Part shown: piece by piece, positions 25,480 to 37,675 of the stretch | How the letters are laid out: every line of letters begins with the position of its first letter | Position numbering within the stretch: the first letter of the stretch is position 1 | NCBI GenBank assembly: GCA_043228905.1 | Contig: JBHGNT010000117.1 | Span: 1 to 64,000, forward strand | Length of the DNA: 64,000 nucleotides | Reading direction: 5' to 3' | Origin: Azolla caroliniana | Taxonomy: Eukaryota > Plantae > Polypodiophyta | The notes under the pieces: model-generated | Seen by the model: the letters and a program-made list of their open reading frames with translations, nothing else | Told to the model about the DNA's origin: nothing | The model's database searches: none | Program-made: the position numbers and the translations under genes

Positions 25480-26335
25480 AGCTAATAAGCTTAGTCTTTT
25501 CTAATTAGCTATCCTACTAGCTAATTAGCTATTCTAGTAGCTAATTAGCTATGGTACTAGCTAATTAGCTAGTACCATAGTTGTGTAAAAAAGCTAATTA
25601 GCTATCCTACTAGCTAATTAGCCACTGGCAACTAATTAGCTATCCTAGTAACTAATTAGCTACTGCCATAGTTGTGTAAAGTAGATAATAAGCTATCATA
25701 GTAGCTAATTAGCTACTAGCAGCTAATTAGCTATCCTAGTAGCTAATTAGCTAGTACCATAGTTGTGTAAAAAAGCTAATTAGCTACTGGCAACTAATTA
25801 GCTATCCTAGTAGCTAATTAGCTACTGGCAACTAATTAGCTATCCTAGTAGCTAATTAGCTACTGGCAACTAATTAGCTATCCTACTAGCTAATTAGCTA
25901 TCATAGTAGCTAATTAGCTACTGCCATAGCTGTGTAAAGTAGCTAATAAGCTATCCTAGTAGCTAATTAGCTACTGGCAGCTAATTAGCTATCCTAGTAG
26001 CTAATAAGCTATCCTAGCTACTACATAGTTGAGAAAGTAGCTAATTAGTTTTCATTGTAGCTAATTAGCTATCCTACTAGCTAATTAGCTATCCTAGCTA
26101 CTACCATAGTTAGTAAAGTAGCTAATTAGGTATCCTAGCTACTACCATAGTTAGTAAAGTAGCTAATTGGCTATCCTAGCTACTACCATAGTTGAGTAAA
26201 GTAGCTAATTAGCTATCCTAGCTACTACCATAGTTGAGTAAAGTAGCTAATTAGCTATCGTACTAGCTAATTAGCTATCCTAGCTTCTACCATAGTTTAG
26301 TAAAGTAGCTAATTAGCTATCCTAAATAGCTGCCA
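25480..26335. repeat. Intronic TAGCTAATTAGCTA palindrome array
   Basis: Dozens of copies filling intron 25466-26346. Confidence 0.92.
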
Positions 26336-27052
26336 TGTTATTGTAGAATCTTGTGGATTAAGGACGGCACATGATGTGTCTGGTGCTGATGACGCTGCAA
26401 CAGATGAGGATACTACTGCCAACGTGGCTAAAAGTAAGAGTCCTGCTATCACATCTCCTTCAGATCAGCTCCACCCTATTCTCTTGGAACAGTGTACTGA
26501 ATTAGGCAACGATGTGAAATGCCATGAAATAGTGGAAAAAACATGTAAAACTGAGGTTCACAACAACAGTGTTTATGAACACTTGATGCAACATTTCTTC
26601 GAGTCTCAAGACCTTGATTCCACCCCACCGAGCCCAACTACTGAAAATGTCCAAACAGACCCCTCTGTACTTGAAAAGCTAGTTCAAGAAATGACTAATG
26701 TGCAATTAGCTGCTGAGGCGATGGGAAGGTTGTCAGAGGAGGACACACTTGCGCATTGGGTGAAAGAAGCAAGGCTAAATGGGGAACCAACCAGAAAAAG
26801 GTTGAAGAAGGGGCCACGATCGGGAACAAGACCAGATACTCGATCAAGGGTCCCAGACGTAGTGGAGCGAAATACTGTTTAGTTGGATATGATTGTTAGC
26901 TTAGGGATTTTTCTAGGGTTTTATGAAGTTTTACTATCCTGTTGGACAAGTAAAACCTCAGATTGGTTGTTGCTTGATCCACATTATGTAATGGAACTCT
27001 ATGATGTTTTTCCAAGATAATTTGAAGAGTGTTGTTCTATGATTGAAACTCT

Positions 27053-28147
27053 TTGATGTTCAGGATATTGTTTTGTGAGACTATTAGTTACTTTGTGAGT
27101 GTGAATATGTTGGTGTTTTCTGATGTTGCAGAGTCTAAAGGGTTTGATTCTATTGCTCGTAAGGCCAATGGTAGTGTGGATACTGTTGATATTGCGGCAT
27201 GTTTAAAGGGCCCCATCTTGAAAGTAGATGTAGCAACTGACACAAGTGATCTGGTCACACAAGTTGATCAAGCATGTAGCACGGATGACTTGGTGTTGCA
27301 GGTAGATGCAGCATGTAGCACGGATGACTTGGTGTTGCAGGTAGATGCAGCATGTGATACCAGTGGACTGATATCGAGCAGATCAATAGCTACATGCACC
27401 GAGGTAATCCAAGGATTGATAACTAAGTCGACAAAACAAGAGCACCAGAATGTGAAGCCAGGCCCAACACAGTCAACTAGGGGTTTGAAGAGGAAAAGGA
27501 CGCCAGTTGTGTCGGCCGAACCTGAGCTGATTGAGATTGATCGTATCCTACCAGAAAATGGTGTAACAGCGGCTCAGTTTCAGGAATGGAAACCAAAACC
27601 ACTAGAAGTCGAAAGAAGAGCCTTGATCTTGGAGCTTGATAAAGTCTTGATGAGTGTGAGATATATGCAGCCAAGGAGGAACGCGAATCAGTTTCTAGAG
27701 TGGGCTGTGGAATACTTTGATTTGTTTATTTGGAGTGAAAAACCAAAATCAGATGTGTGGAAGTGTTTGGCAAGATTCTTCCCAAAATGGCGAAGTCGTT
27801 TTAAAGGTCAATGGGCACGAGAAAATTGTGAGCAAATGGAAGCTGCAAGATTCAAGAGACTTTCTGATTTTTGGGCTACTTGGCCTGAATATAATGCCGA
27901 CAATACATTGATTTTGGATACAGAACATTTCCGGCACTACTTCAATATTCGGAGATGCTGTCTCATTCTACCCGAGGAAATGCCTGAACAGTACCTGGTG
28001 CAAATAGTGAGCTGCCAACTAGGTGCATGGTTGTGGACTCCATACCGAGCTCGATATGCAGATGATATATGTAGACTCGTTCCACTGACTAGCAAGAGCT
28101 TAGATGTTTATAGGAGATTTGTAGACATTTCCAATGGTAATTTATAA
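27053..28147 (+). CDS. FCP1/NIF-like (HAD phosphatase) domain protein with degenerate catalytic motif; start uncertain, may be a terminal exon
   Basis: LILELDKVL, RRNANQFLEWAVEYFDLFIWS and YNADNTLILD follow the FCP1-homology motif order. Possible splice acceptor at 27131. Confidence 0.6.
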   Translation: MMFRILFCETISYFVSVNMLVFSDVAESKGFDSIARKANGSVDTVDIAACLKGPILKVDVATDTSDLVTQVDQACSTDDLVLQVDAACSTDDLVLQVDAACDTSGLISSRSIATCTEVIQGLITKSTKQEHQNVKPGPTQSTRGLKRKRTPVVSAEPELIEIDRILPENGVTAAQFQEWKPKPLEVERRALILELDKVLMSVRYMQPRRNANQFLEWAVEYFDLFIWSEKPKSDVWKCLARFFPKWRSRFKGQWARENCEQMEAARFKRLSDFWATWPEYNADNTLILDTEHFRHYFNIRRCCLILPEEMPEQYLVQIVSCQLGAWLWTPYRARYADDICRLVPLTSKSLDVYRRFVDISNGNL

Positions 28148-28494
28148 ATATGTAAAGAGATGACATTATTCAATGAAGAATTTAATTACTTGTTCCCACT
28201 GTACTTATCTATTGTGTAATTTGAGGAATATGTTGCAGATTGTTGATTTCATGCTATTGATGACTATTTAGCTATTGACAGCTAATTAGCTGCATTTGTA
28301 CAGCTAATTAGCTACTGATGACTATTTTGCTATAACTTATAACTTAAAACTTAACAAAAAAGACATGATTTTATTGAGAAAGAAGCACAGAAAGCAGACT
28401 GTATACAAGAAATTGATTCCAAACGAATTTATTTAACTGTTTTCGCGAAATACATGTTTGTTTTACAAGAGAACATGGTAAGTGCTACTTGTAG

Positions 28495-30355
28495 CTACAA
28501 ATTCCATGGCATACTATTGTAAATACATTCATACACATTAGCACCAATAGTGTATAAACCGGAGCAGCTATTGTATTCTGACATTGGGACGTTGATGCAC
28601 CTGACCAAATGAGAGTACATATACGCCGCTGGTTTGTCTTCTAACAGCCTCTACACATATTCGTAGTCATCTAGTTTTGCATAAAAAATGCCTTCGATGT
28701 AGAATGTCCCGACAGATACAAAATTTCCCCATGCATCTACAATATTCTGCCTTGCACACTGTTTACTAACCGTGCACTTTAATATATAGAAATCAACACC
28801 CTCTGAATTGCCTTCTTCAGCATTTACAGCGAAGTTCAGGACATCACTCAAAGTATCCCCAACGTTCAGGACATCACTCAAAGTATCTCCAAGTCCCTCA
28901 TATGTGAAGTCAGCATTCTGCCCTGTTTCTTCATCAACTGCTTCCTTATCATTCAGAGTGTGATACTCCCAATTCTGAATGTATGCTTTGTTTAGACAAT
29001 ATCTCCAATTTCCCTGCACACAATGGAAGCAAAAACAAGTCAATTCTCTAACCGCAATACAATGACCATCCAACCTGGAATAACTGCGAACAGCATGCAG
29101 AGATCGCAATTCGGGAATTCCTTGGCACTCCCAGGTCTTCTCCCTATTTACTTCATCTATCTTCACTTCCCAAAATTCACGTTTGATATCTCGGACTTGC
29201 GAGGAATAAACACCTGTGGCACTCGTTGACATATTTGTTCTTAAAAATTCAACTACATGTGATGCACAATTCATGTGCACACCATCTATCTTTAGTTGTT
29301 CATGGGTAAGTGCCCGCTTTATAATAGCCCCTGCACCATCATGTTCACCTTTACCATGGCCAAGACCCAAAAAAATTCCAGCTCATCTCCAAACCTGTTA
29401 TAGCAGGATATCTCCCCACAAAATAAAATGGACGTCGAGCCTTGAATTGTGACGCAGCTCCGTCAGACCAGACCCAATGTTGAGTAAGCTCCAAACGTTG
29501 AGCTAATAACCACTGCCAATGTAACTTAAAACAGTGTTGGACGAACAAGGTATCATGCTTCTTATCATCGGAAATAAAGAAATGAATTACTTTTTTAACA
29601 TCACCTGAAACTCGAAAATATGTTATGTGCACAAAAATGGTTACCTGAACTGAACACCAATGCATAGATTGAATTTCATTCTGCTGCTTGAAAGTATAAT
29701 TCTCTGCGAAATCTACTGCTGAGACTACTACATCATTTGGGAAATCAGATATGCAAGTCTTAAACTGATGGGCCTGCCATGAATAAATGAAGTTGTGTTT
29801 AATGAACTTTCCTAGAGATACTACAAACAGAGACACCAAATCCCTTGGTTTAAGCATCTTCTGAACTAGATCCTTTCTTTTACACACCTTTCCTTCGAAA
29901 TTGGTGTTCACTGACTCAAATAACTTCACAGAGATCAATATTTCACTACTCAATTCATTTGGACACCACCTAAATCTAGTAGGGCCACAATCTTGACATA
30001 AACCCATGACACATTTATGAATATGGAAGATAGCGTCAGTTTCTCTCGGACACAATATTGAATCTAATAAATAACTCATGGAAGAGATAACGTGCTCAGA
30101 TGATTTACAATCCTCTTGCGGGCTTGATCAACAGATTGGGCACCCACATGTGCAAACTGTATTAGTTAGGGATGCGCTATGGTGACGTAGTAGATTAACA
30201 GAGTCCTTCAGAAAACCCATCTGTACATGGTAAATGCAACAACATGTGTATCGATCCTTTAAGCATCTCACAAAGTGTGGCTTAAGAGACTCGAATGTTC
30301 GTAGTTGAACTTTGATAGTTGGATGCATTCGTTTGAACCTAATAAATAAATCGAC
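28495..30355 (-). pseudogene. Sola2-like DDE transposase B with stops and a frameshift; N-terminal coding exon absent
   Basis: DFAENY..QSMHW, WSDGAASQFK, GHGKGEHDGAG. TGA at 30128, frameshift near 29365, TAG at 28651. Acceptor at 30356 is equivalent to the first intron of transposase A. Confidence 0.8.
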
Positions 30356-30384
30356 CTGCGTAATAAAGGGGAATTAGTTATTCT

Positions 30385-31310
30385 CGTAACTAGCTAACTA
30401 TCCTAGTAGCTAATTATCATGGTAGCTAATTAGCTGTCCTAGTAGCTAATTAGCTATCATGGTAGCTAATTAGCGGGTCTAGTAGCTAATTAGCTATCAT
30501 GGTGGCTAATTAGCTTTCCTAGTAACTAATTAGCTATCATGGTAGCTAATTAGCTGGTCTAGTAGCTAATTAGCTATCATGGTAGCTAATTAGCGGGTCT
30601 AGTAGCTAATTAGCTATCATGGTGGCTAATTAGCTGTCCTAGTAACTAATTAGCTATCATGGTAGCTAATTAGCTGGTCTAGTAGCTAATTAGCTATCAT
30701 GGTAGCTAATTAGCTGGTCTAGTAGCTAATTAGCTATAATGGTGGCTAATTAGCTGTCCTAACTAATTAGCTATCATGGTAGCAAATTAGCTGGTCTAGT
30801 AGTTAATTAGCTATCATGGTGGCTAATTAGCTATCCTAGTAAGCTAATTAGCTATATGGTAGCTAATTAGCTTTCCTAGTAGTTAATTAGCTGGTAATAA
30901 CGAAATAGCAAACTAGCTACCATGATAGCTAACTAGCTACCAGTACAGCTAATTATCTGGTAGTACCTAAATTAGCTATTGAGAATAGCTAATTAGCTAT
31001 CATGGTAGTAGCTATTGAGAGTAGCCAGTTACCTATGTAGTAGCTATCATAGTAGCTAATTAGCTATCATGGTAGCTAATTAGCTTTCCTAGTAGCTAAT
31101 TAGCTGGTAATAACGAAATAGCTAACTAGCTACCAGTACAGCTAATTATCTGGTAGTACCTAAATTAGCTATTGAGAATAGCTAATTAGCTATCATGGTA
31201 GTAGCTATTGAGAGTAGCCAGTTACCTATGTAGTAGATATCCTAGTAGCTAACTGAGGTAAATGTAACTGATAAGCTAATTAGCTTTTCTGCTAACTCAG
31301 CTAATTAACT
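30385..31310. repeat. Intronic TAGCTAATTAGCTA palindrome array (about 20-bp period)
   Basis: Lies between the donor near 31353 and the acceptor at 30356 on the minus strand. Confidence 0.92.
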
Positions 31311-32068
31311 TTTCGAGTAGAGTCAAAACAAATGTTGAGATAAATGTAAATACCTGAGGTACATCAAGAAGATGAATGGGATGCTCCTCGTATTGATTTC
31401 TTCCAACACGAATGTTTGTATATTAATGAATGACAAATAAACAACAGAGCACGTGAGCGGTTACAACCGAACAGGCCGGCGAACAGATGCCGATGCCTGC
31501 TCGTCTGCGCACGAAAGGAGATAGGATGGAGGTGCTGCCGGAAGCACACGGGCATTCCTCGAAGCAGCGCGAGCCTCCCGAAAACCTGCAGAGAAGAGCG
31601 ATGGAGAATGAATAGAGGAGAAGCGTTCGGTTTCGGTCCGACAACACTTCGTCCTCCTCAATAAATAAAAATGTCCCCCTTCTCCCCGCGTCTCCGTCTC
31701 TTTTATAGCTTCAAGAAGGGAGCCGTTTCCCTCATTAACTTCCTACCTACCGAATCTAACTACCTAGGATATACCTTTGTACCTAATTCTCTATTATATA
31801 CATTAAAGGGCGCGCACGCGTGAAGAGCCGGTTCACGCGTGCTATGCACCGATTATGCTAAGGGACGGTTTTCTTCACGACAGCGGTCCCTATAGGCAAA
31901 TTCTATACATTGGTGCTCGTGTTTATGTTCGTGTTGGAGGGACGTTGGTGCTCGTGTTTACATTCGTCTGGGTGTAATGCGCGATTGGGGAGACGCACTT
32001 GTTCGTAAACACTTACGAGAAATTAAAGAGAGACCACGAGAATAATTTGAACAAGGTTTATGCACTAT

Positions 32069-32694
32069 TTAGAAGCGACGAATACAAGCACGAGGGCGAA
32101 GATCGCAATGTTGGAGTAGGCGGGAGGCGGTGACACCTAGAGCTCTTTCCTCATCATCGGCCTTGAATTGGCGACGTTGTTGACGTTCGTCCTCTTGTCG
32201 TCGAGACATGCGGTGGCGGCGTTCGTCACCCTCTCGTCGCTCACGGCTGCTATCTCTCTCGCGCTCATCATCCTCTTCCTCCCAGCTACGGTGTTCCCTT
32301 GATTGTTGGCCATGGCATCAGCCTTCATCATTGCGTCGTTCCTCCTCGTCAGAATACAAGGCATCACGTAGGCGATCGCATCGATCTTCGGCGGGGATTC
32401 GTTCGACGTTCCTGCAGCACCGTTCTGAGGGTCTTGAGTATCGAGTGTTTTCGATCCATGGGGAGCGACGTCCTTGTTCACCCCCTCTCTTTCGGAGCGC
32501 TCTTGTAGCTCTCGGATCTCCTTGTCGATGAAATCACCGCTCTCTCACCCTAGTTCCTCGTCACGTGGCTCATCGCGACCACGGCTACGACGTTCCCTTT
32601 CCTCTTCGGAGTCTCTCTTGTTGTCTCTGTAGCTGCGCCCCTCCTCAAGGAACCCCTCACGACGTCGCTCGCGCCTCTCGTCATCGCACTCCCC
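32069..32694 (-). pseudogene. 2S albumin-like copy 4, 3' part
   Basis: Homologous to copy 3; CGA>TGA at 32545 and a 1-bp deletion near 32481. Confidence 0.9.
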
Positions 32695-35428
32695 TTCTAG
32701 ACCCAATTTTTCGATTTGGGTTCTAGCATGGTGAACATAGTCTTCTAGCGAGGAAAATTTCCTGCTAGAGAGGTTCATTAAAGCTTGTGCTGCCTCCGTT
32801 CGAGAGGGAGGTTGCAGAAATTGGCCCTTAAAAACCATGACAAAATCTGTCCAGGTATCGGGCAATTTCCCCATAGTACGGAGCCCATGCCACCAGGCGG
32901 CGGCCTTACCCCCGAGTTCTCGGCCGACATATGCAATCTTCGTAGTATCTGGCGTAGGATAGAGCTCAAAATGAGACTCCCATCGTCCCAGCCATGTGCA
33001 GATTGGTTCTTTGGTTCTTTCCTTTTTGTCTCCCGTAAATGGCTTAACGACAAATGATGGTTCACCTTGTCGCTCATCAGGTCTATTAGTCTCACGTTGT
33101 AGACTAATGACGCGTGCCTCAAGAGCACACTGAGATTGCCAAAGTTTGGTCATCTGTTGAGCGGTGAAACTAAGGTATTGTGTTATTTGTGCCAAATACA
33201 TCTCAGTGGACATTTGTCTAGGAGGATTCCCTTGAGTTCCTTCCGCTTGAGCGGATGACATCGGGTCGTTAATTTGAGCCATTAAAGATTATTTCTGGAA
33301 AAGAAATAGGATAACGCCAGAGAGATAGTCATAACATCATGTCGTGATGTAAACATATCATGGGCAAACATTAATCGATATCATGATCTCAGGTCAATAC
33401 CCCTCTAGACGTATGAGATGAGGTTCAAGATCAGGTTATTATGGTAACACAAAGGTGTTTTCAAAACCATGGGGGTGACAAATAAATGTCTTTCCCTGAT
33501 CTCTATATCGATCTGTTCATGGTGGCTCCCCGAGGCTCAACCATGTATGTTCGCGTCATGAATAGTTTATACATGAAAAAAATGTTAACAATAAACTATG
33601 TTTCGGTGCCCACATATGTGGTTTCAGCTCTTTAAGTCCTATTACGAGGACCCCGAGGTGCACTTAGACCTTAAGTCTAAACATGTGTTATAGTCATATG
33701 TATCAAGGATGTTGTATGGTCTTGGTCATATTTGAACTCGAGACCTCGAGAACAAATACATTAAACACTTGAGCCAACCAAGTAATTTGCTCTTCTCGAA
33801 TGCTTAATGTTTGATGCGTATAAGAGATATGCGAGGCATTTGATCATATATATTTTTCCTAAAAGAACATATATGTCAAGGGTCCTTATTTCGCCCTCAT
33901 TTACCAAAACTATGTTGGTACGTTACCTAACCTCAAGTCTCGTAATTACGATGGCATACACCAAAGTGCAACCTAATGGTCAAGCCAAATGAGCCCTCGT
34001 TTCGTAGTAGGCTCACATGGCCCATCACATGGTCACGTCATTACAAATGCCTCTCGTAAGAACGAGCTCATGGTGGCATCGTATCCATGTAACGAGGGAG
34101 GGATGTTGGATACGTGTGTCATTGGAGCGACCTCACTTGAAATGGGTCAAGCCCTACGTACTCAACATCATTATGGCTATTGGCGTTTCTTTACGTAACG
34201 AAATCGAGGTCATCAACGGGGTTGTCAACAATAAAAAATTGTTGAAAAAGGGATGGTGACAACGCCATTCTCACAAAAATGTGAGGACAGCTACCAACAT
34301 CCTTTTCCCGAGAAGGACAACTTTCGATATAATCACGTAATAACGAATATACACATATGTTTACTTATCACATATATACGATCAAATACGTATATATGTG
34401 ACCACATATGCCTATATTAAACATATCGTTATATTAAATAGCCACAAATGATGTGATCGAGATACGTAATCGAGGTATATACCTCTACGCACACGAAACA
34501 TCCACCAATAAGAGATCATCGTAATACGCAATTGAGGTATTGACCTCTTACGCATACGAGACCAACCGCATATCGTTTACAACAAATCAAGGTATTAAAC
34601 TCATATGCAAACGTAACATATGTTCGTGAACGTAATACGTAATTGAGGTATTAACCTCGTACGCATACGACACTCATCACATATTATTAATATGTCAAAC
34701 GAGGTATTGACCTTGTGCACATATGTAAACGTTTTAGATAATCAATTAAAGACCACTACAACATCATTGACTTAATGGAAAAAAAAAGACATATAAACTA
34801 AACAAATGATTAGATGGGAGAAGAGAGAATAGAAAGAAGAATTATGCAAAGAGTTACCAAAGTTCTTTGTTGATCGTTGTCTGCATCATGCCCGACGGCA
34901 CATCGATCGATCAGCATCGATCAAAAGACAAATGACAAACAAAGAAACATTAGTACATAAATCTGATACCAAATATTATAGATCGAAGTACTAAAGTAAG
35001 CTTAAGATAAGGATAAACAAATGATAGATAGAAAGGAGAAAGAGAAAGAAGGGTGCCGATCCACCCGACCACCCCCGAGCGAAGGGATCGAGACGGACTC
35101 GAGCCTCGATCGGTGTCCCATACCACCGCCGTGGCGTCGAGTCGTACCTGGTGCTGGCACGCACGCTACAAGAGTTGACCCACCACAAGAGCAGAGTTTC
35201 GATGTAGTCAAAAGATGATCAAATGAGGGTAGCTAGGCCTCTTATTTATAGCGATACCCAAGTCCCCCAGGCAACTTCACACTTGACCTAATGGGTTGTC
35301 TCAATCCGGAGGATTAAAAGTAATCCTCCCCTTCTTTACACTCTCGTTTAACCCTCACACTTATCCACGTGTATAGAATACTAAGGTAAATTCTCACCAC
35401 GGGATATTATATGGTCATGCCCGTAACA
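32695..35428 (-). mobile_element. Truncated chromovirus copy (5' LTR 34974-35428, leader, gag 5' half)
   Basis: PBS at 34962-34971; target site CTCCC on both sides; gag joined in frame to albumin (ORF 32545-33282). Confidence 0.9.
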
Positions 35429-35593
35429 CTCCCCCTCTCGGCGTCGATCGCGCCTCTCCTCGTCAATGTCTCCCTCACGACGTCGATCGCGTCGCTCCTC
35501 TTCACGGTCCCGCCCTACAGACCTAGCATTGGCCGCGGTACACGCAGCAAGCATGATCACGGCCATGAGGAATACGGAAGTAAGCTTTGCCAT
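35429..35593 (-). pseudogene. 2S albumin-like copy 4, 5' part
   Basis: MAKLTSV...REG read into the LTR. Confidence 0.9.
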
Positions 35594-35990
35594 TGCGATT
35601 ATCCTTATGATCCCGATGCTCGTCTCCTAATGGATTGTATTGACATTTCTCCCTCCACCTTTATATACACATGTCCACGCAATCAGAACACATGCATGTC
35701 ACTCACCACTCCCATTACCATAATGTGTGTGTCCTGCGTACAACTCTTGCCGAAGACCCATACCAACTAGTCCACCTTCCCACACGTCTAGGCTAGTCCT
35801 AGGTGTCGTATTGTCACTAGACAATCTGGGCGCAACCTATTGCGGGTTCTCCTCCTCCTCGCGTGAGAACTTGTCGAGCAACATAACATTTATACATAGG
35901 TAAATGTGGGCAATCGCACGTGCGCGTAGGGTTGTGTGGGCATGTGCACATTAAACTAGAACGCGCTAGTGCCGAGACACTAAGCACGTG
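35594..35990 (-). promoter_or_regulatory. Storage-protein promoter of copy 4
   Basis: TATATAAA near 35660, CATGCATG at 35691, CACGTG near 35917 and 35985. Confidence 0.7.
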
Positions 35991-36410
35991 GAGGCTACTG
36001 TGGGCCGAGTAGTGGTTCCCGAGTGTGCTACATCGATGAACGTAGATAGACCGGTGTCCGTACTCGCTCGTTCGGACGAGGGGTTGGTAACAACGACGAC
36101 AAGAAAAGCTAACCGGACTACCACACTAGGAGTGTCCTATTGGGCAAGTGTGGAAGCAAGTTCACATTCGCCGCGTGTACAAGTTGACCTTAGCCGTTGA
36201 CGTTGCGTGTGCGGTATGGGTGTTTGCTTTGATGTTTTTCTTCCGTTTGGGTGGTTTGCGGTCCCTATAGGCAAATTCTATACGTTGGTGCTCGTGTTTA
36301 CGTTCGTGTGGGTGTAATGCGCGATTGGGGAGACGCACTTGTTCGTAAACACTTACGAGAAATTAGAGAGAGACCACGAGAATAATTTGAACAAGGTTTA
36401 TGTACTATTT

Positions 36411-37025
36411 ATGACGGCTGCTATCTCTCTCGCGCTCCTCGTCCTCTTCCTCCCAGCTACGGTGTTCCCTTGATTGTTGGGCATGGCATCGGCCTTCATC
36501 ATTGCGTCGTTCCTCCTCGTCAGCATCCAAGGCATCACGTAGGCGATCGCATCGATCTTTAGCGGGGATTCGTTCGACGTTCCTGCAGCACCATTTGGAG
36601 GGTCTTGAGTATCGATTGTTTTCGATCCACGGGGAGCGACCGCCTTGTTCACCTTCCTCTCTTTCGGAGCAATCTTGTAGCTCTCGGATCTGCTTGTCGA
36701 TGAAATCACCGCACTCTCGCTTCAGTTCCTTGTCACGTGGCTCATAGCGACCATAGCTACCACGTTCCCTTTCCTCTTCGGAGTCTCTCTTGTTGTCTCT
36801 GTAGGGGCGCCCCTCCTCAAGAAACCCCTCACGACGTCGCTAGTGCCTCTCGTCATCGCACTCCCCCTCTTGGGGTCGATCGCGCCTCTCCTCGTCAATG
36901 TCTCCCTCACGACGTCGATCGCGTCGCTCCTCTTCACGGTCCCGCCCTACAGACCTAGCATTGGCCGCAGTACACGCAACGAGCATGATCACGGCCATGA
37001 GGAATACAGAAGTAAGCTTTGCCAT
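36411..37025 (-). pseudogene. 2S albumin-like copy 5, early stop and 3' deletion
   Basis: TAG at 36840; C-terminal region deleted near 36411. Confidence 0.88.
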
Positions 37026-37430
37026 TGCGATTATCCTTATGATCCCGGTGCTTGTCTCCTAATGTATTGTATTGACATTTCTCCCTCCACCTTTATATAC
37101 ACATGGCCATGCAATCAGAGCACATGCATGTCACGCACCACTCCCATTACCATAATGTGTGTGTCCTGCGTACAACTCTTGCCGAAGACCCATACCAACT
37201 AGTCCACCCTCCCACACGTCTAGGCTAGTCCTAGGTGTCGTATTGTCACTAGACAATATGGGCGCAACCTGTAGCGGGTTCTCCTCCTCCTCCCGTGAGA
37301 ACTTGTCGAGCAACATAACATTTATACATAGGTAAATGTGCGCACTCGCACGTGCGCGTAGGGGTGTGTGGGCACGTGCACATTAAACTAGAACTCGCTA
37401 GTGCCAAGACACTAAGCACGTGGAGGCTAT
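37026..37430 (-). promoter_or_regulatory. Storage-protein promoter of copy 5
   Basis: TATA near 37092, CATGCATG at 37123, several CACGTG between 37349 and 37422. Confidence 0.7.
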
Positions 37431-37675
37431 TGCGGGACGAGTAGTGGCTCCCGAGTGTGCTACATCGATGAACGTAAATAGACCGGTGTCCGTACTCGCT
37501 CGTTCGGACGAGGGGTTGGTAACAACGATGACAAGGAAAGCTAACCGGACTACCACAATAGAAGTGTCCTATCGGGCAAGTGTGGAAGCAAGTTCACATT
37601 CGCCGCGTGTACAAGTTGACCTTAGTCGTTGACCTCGCGTATGCGGTATGGGTGTTTGCTTTGATGTTTTTCTTT

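Larger units (their letters stand above)
23490..26882 (+). pseudogene. Five-exon cargo gene: unknown N-terminal domain, coiled coil, RING-like zinc finger, acidic tail with NLS-like motif
   Basis: Exons 23490-23518, 24144-24825, 24904-25047, 25132-25465 and 26347-26882 join in frame at GT-AG sites. CIAC..PCNHTYHLLC..CLGDC; PTRKRLKK. One in-frame TAG near 24946. Confidence 0.72.
23035..31882 (-). mobile_element. DNA transposon B (Sola2-like transposase plus convergent RING and FCP1-like cargo)
   Basis: TAGCTAATTAGCTA motif in non-coding parts from about 23040 to 31310 ties the genes into one unit; albumin spacer resumes at 31883. Ends approximate. Confidence 0.68.

Noticed and set aside
10668-31882. 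One single 21-kb transposon with TIRs
   Set aside because: The ends are not inverted repeats, there is no TSD, and two distinct transposases and motif types indicate two truncated elements.
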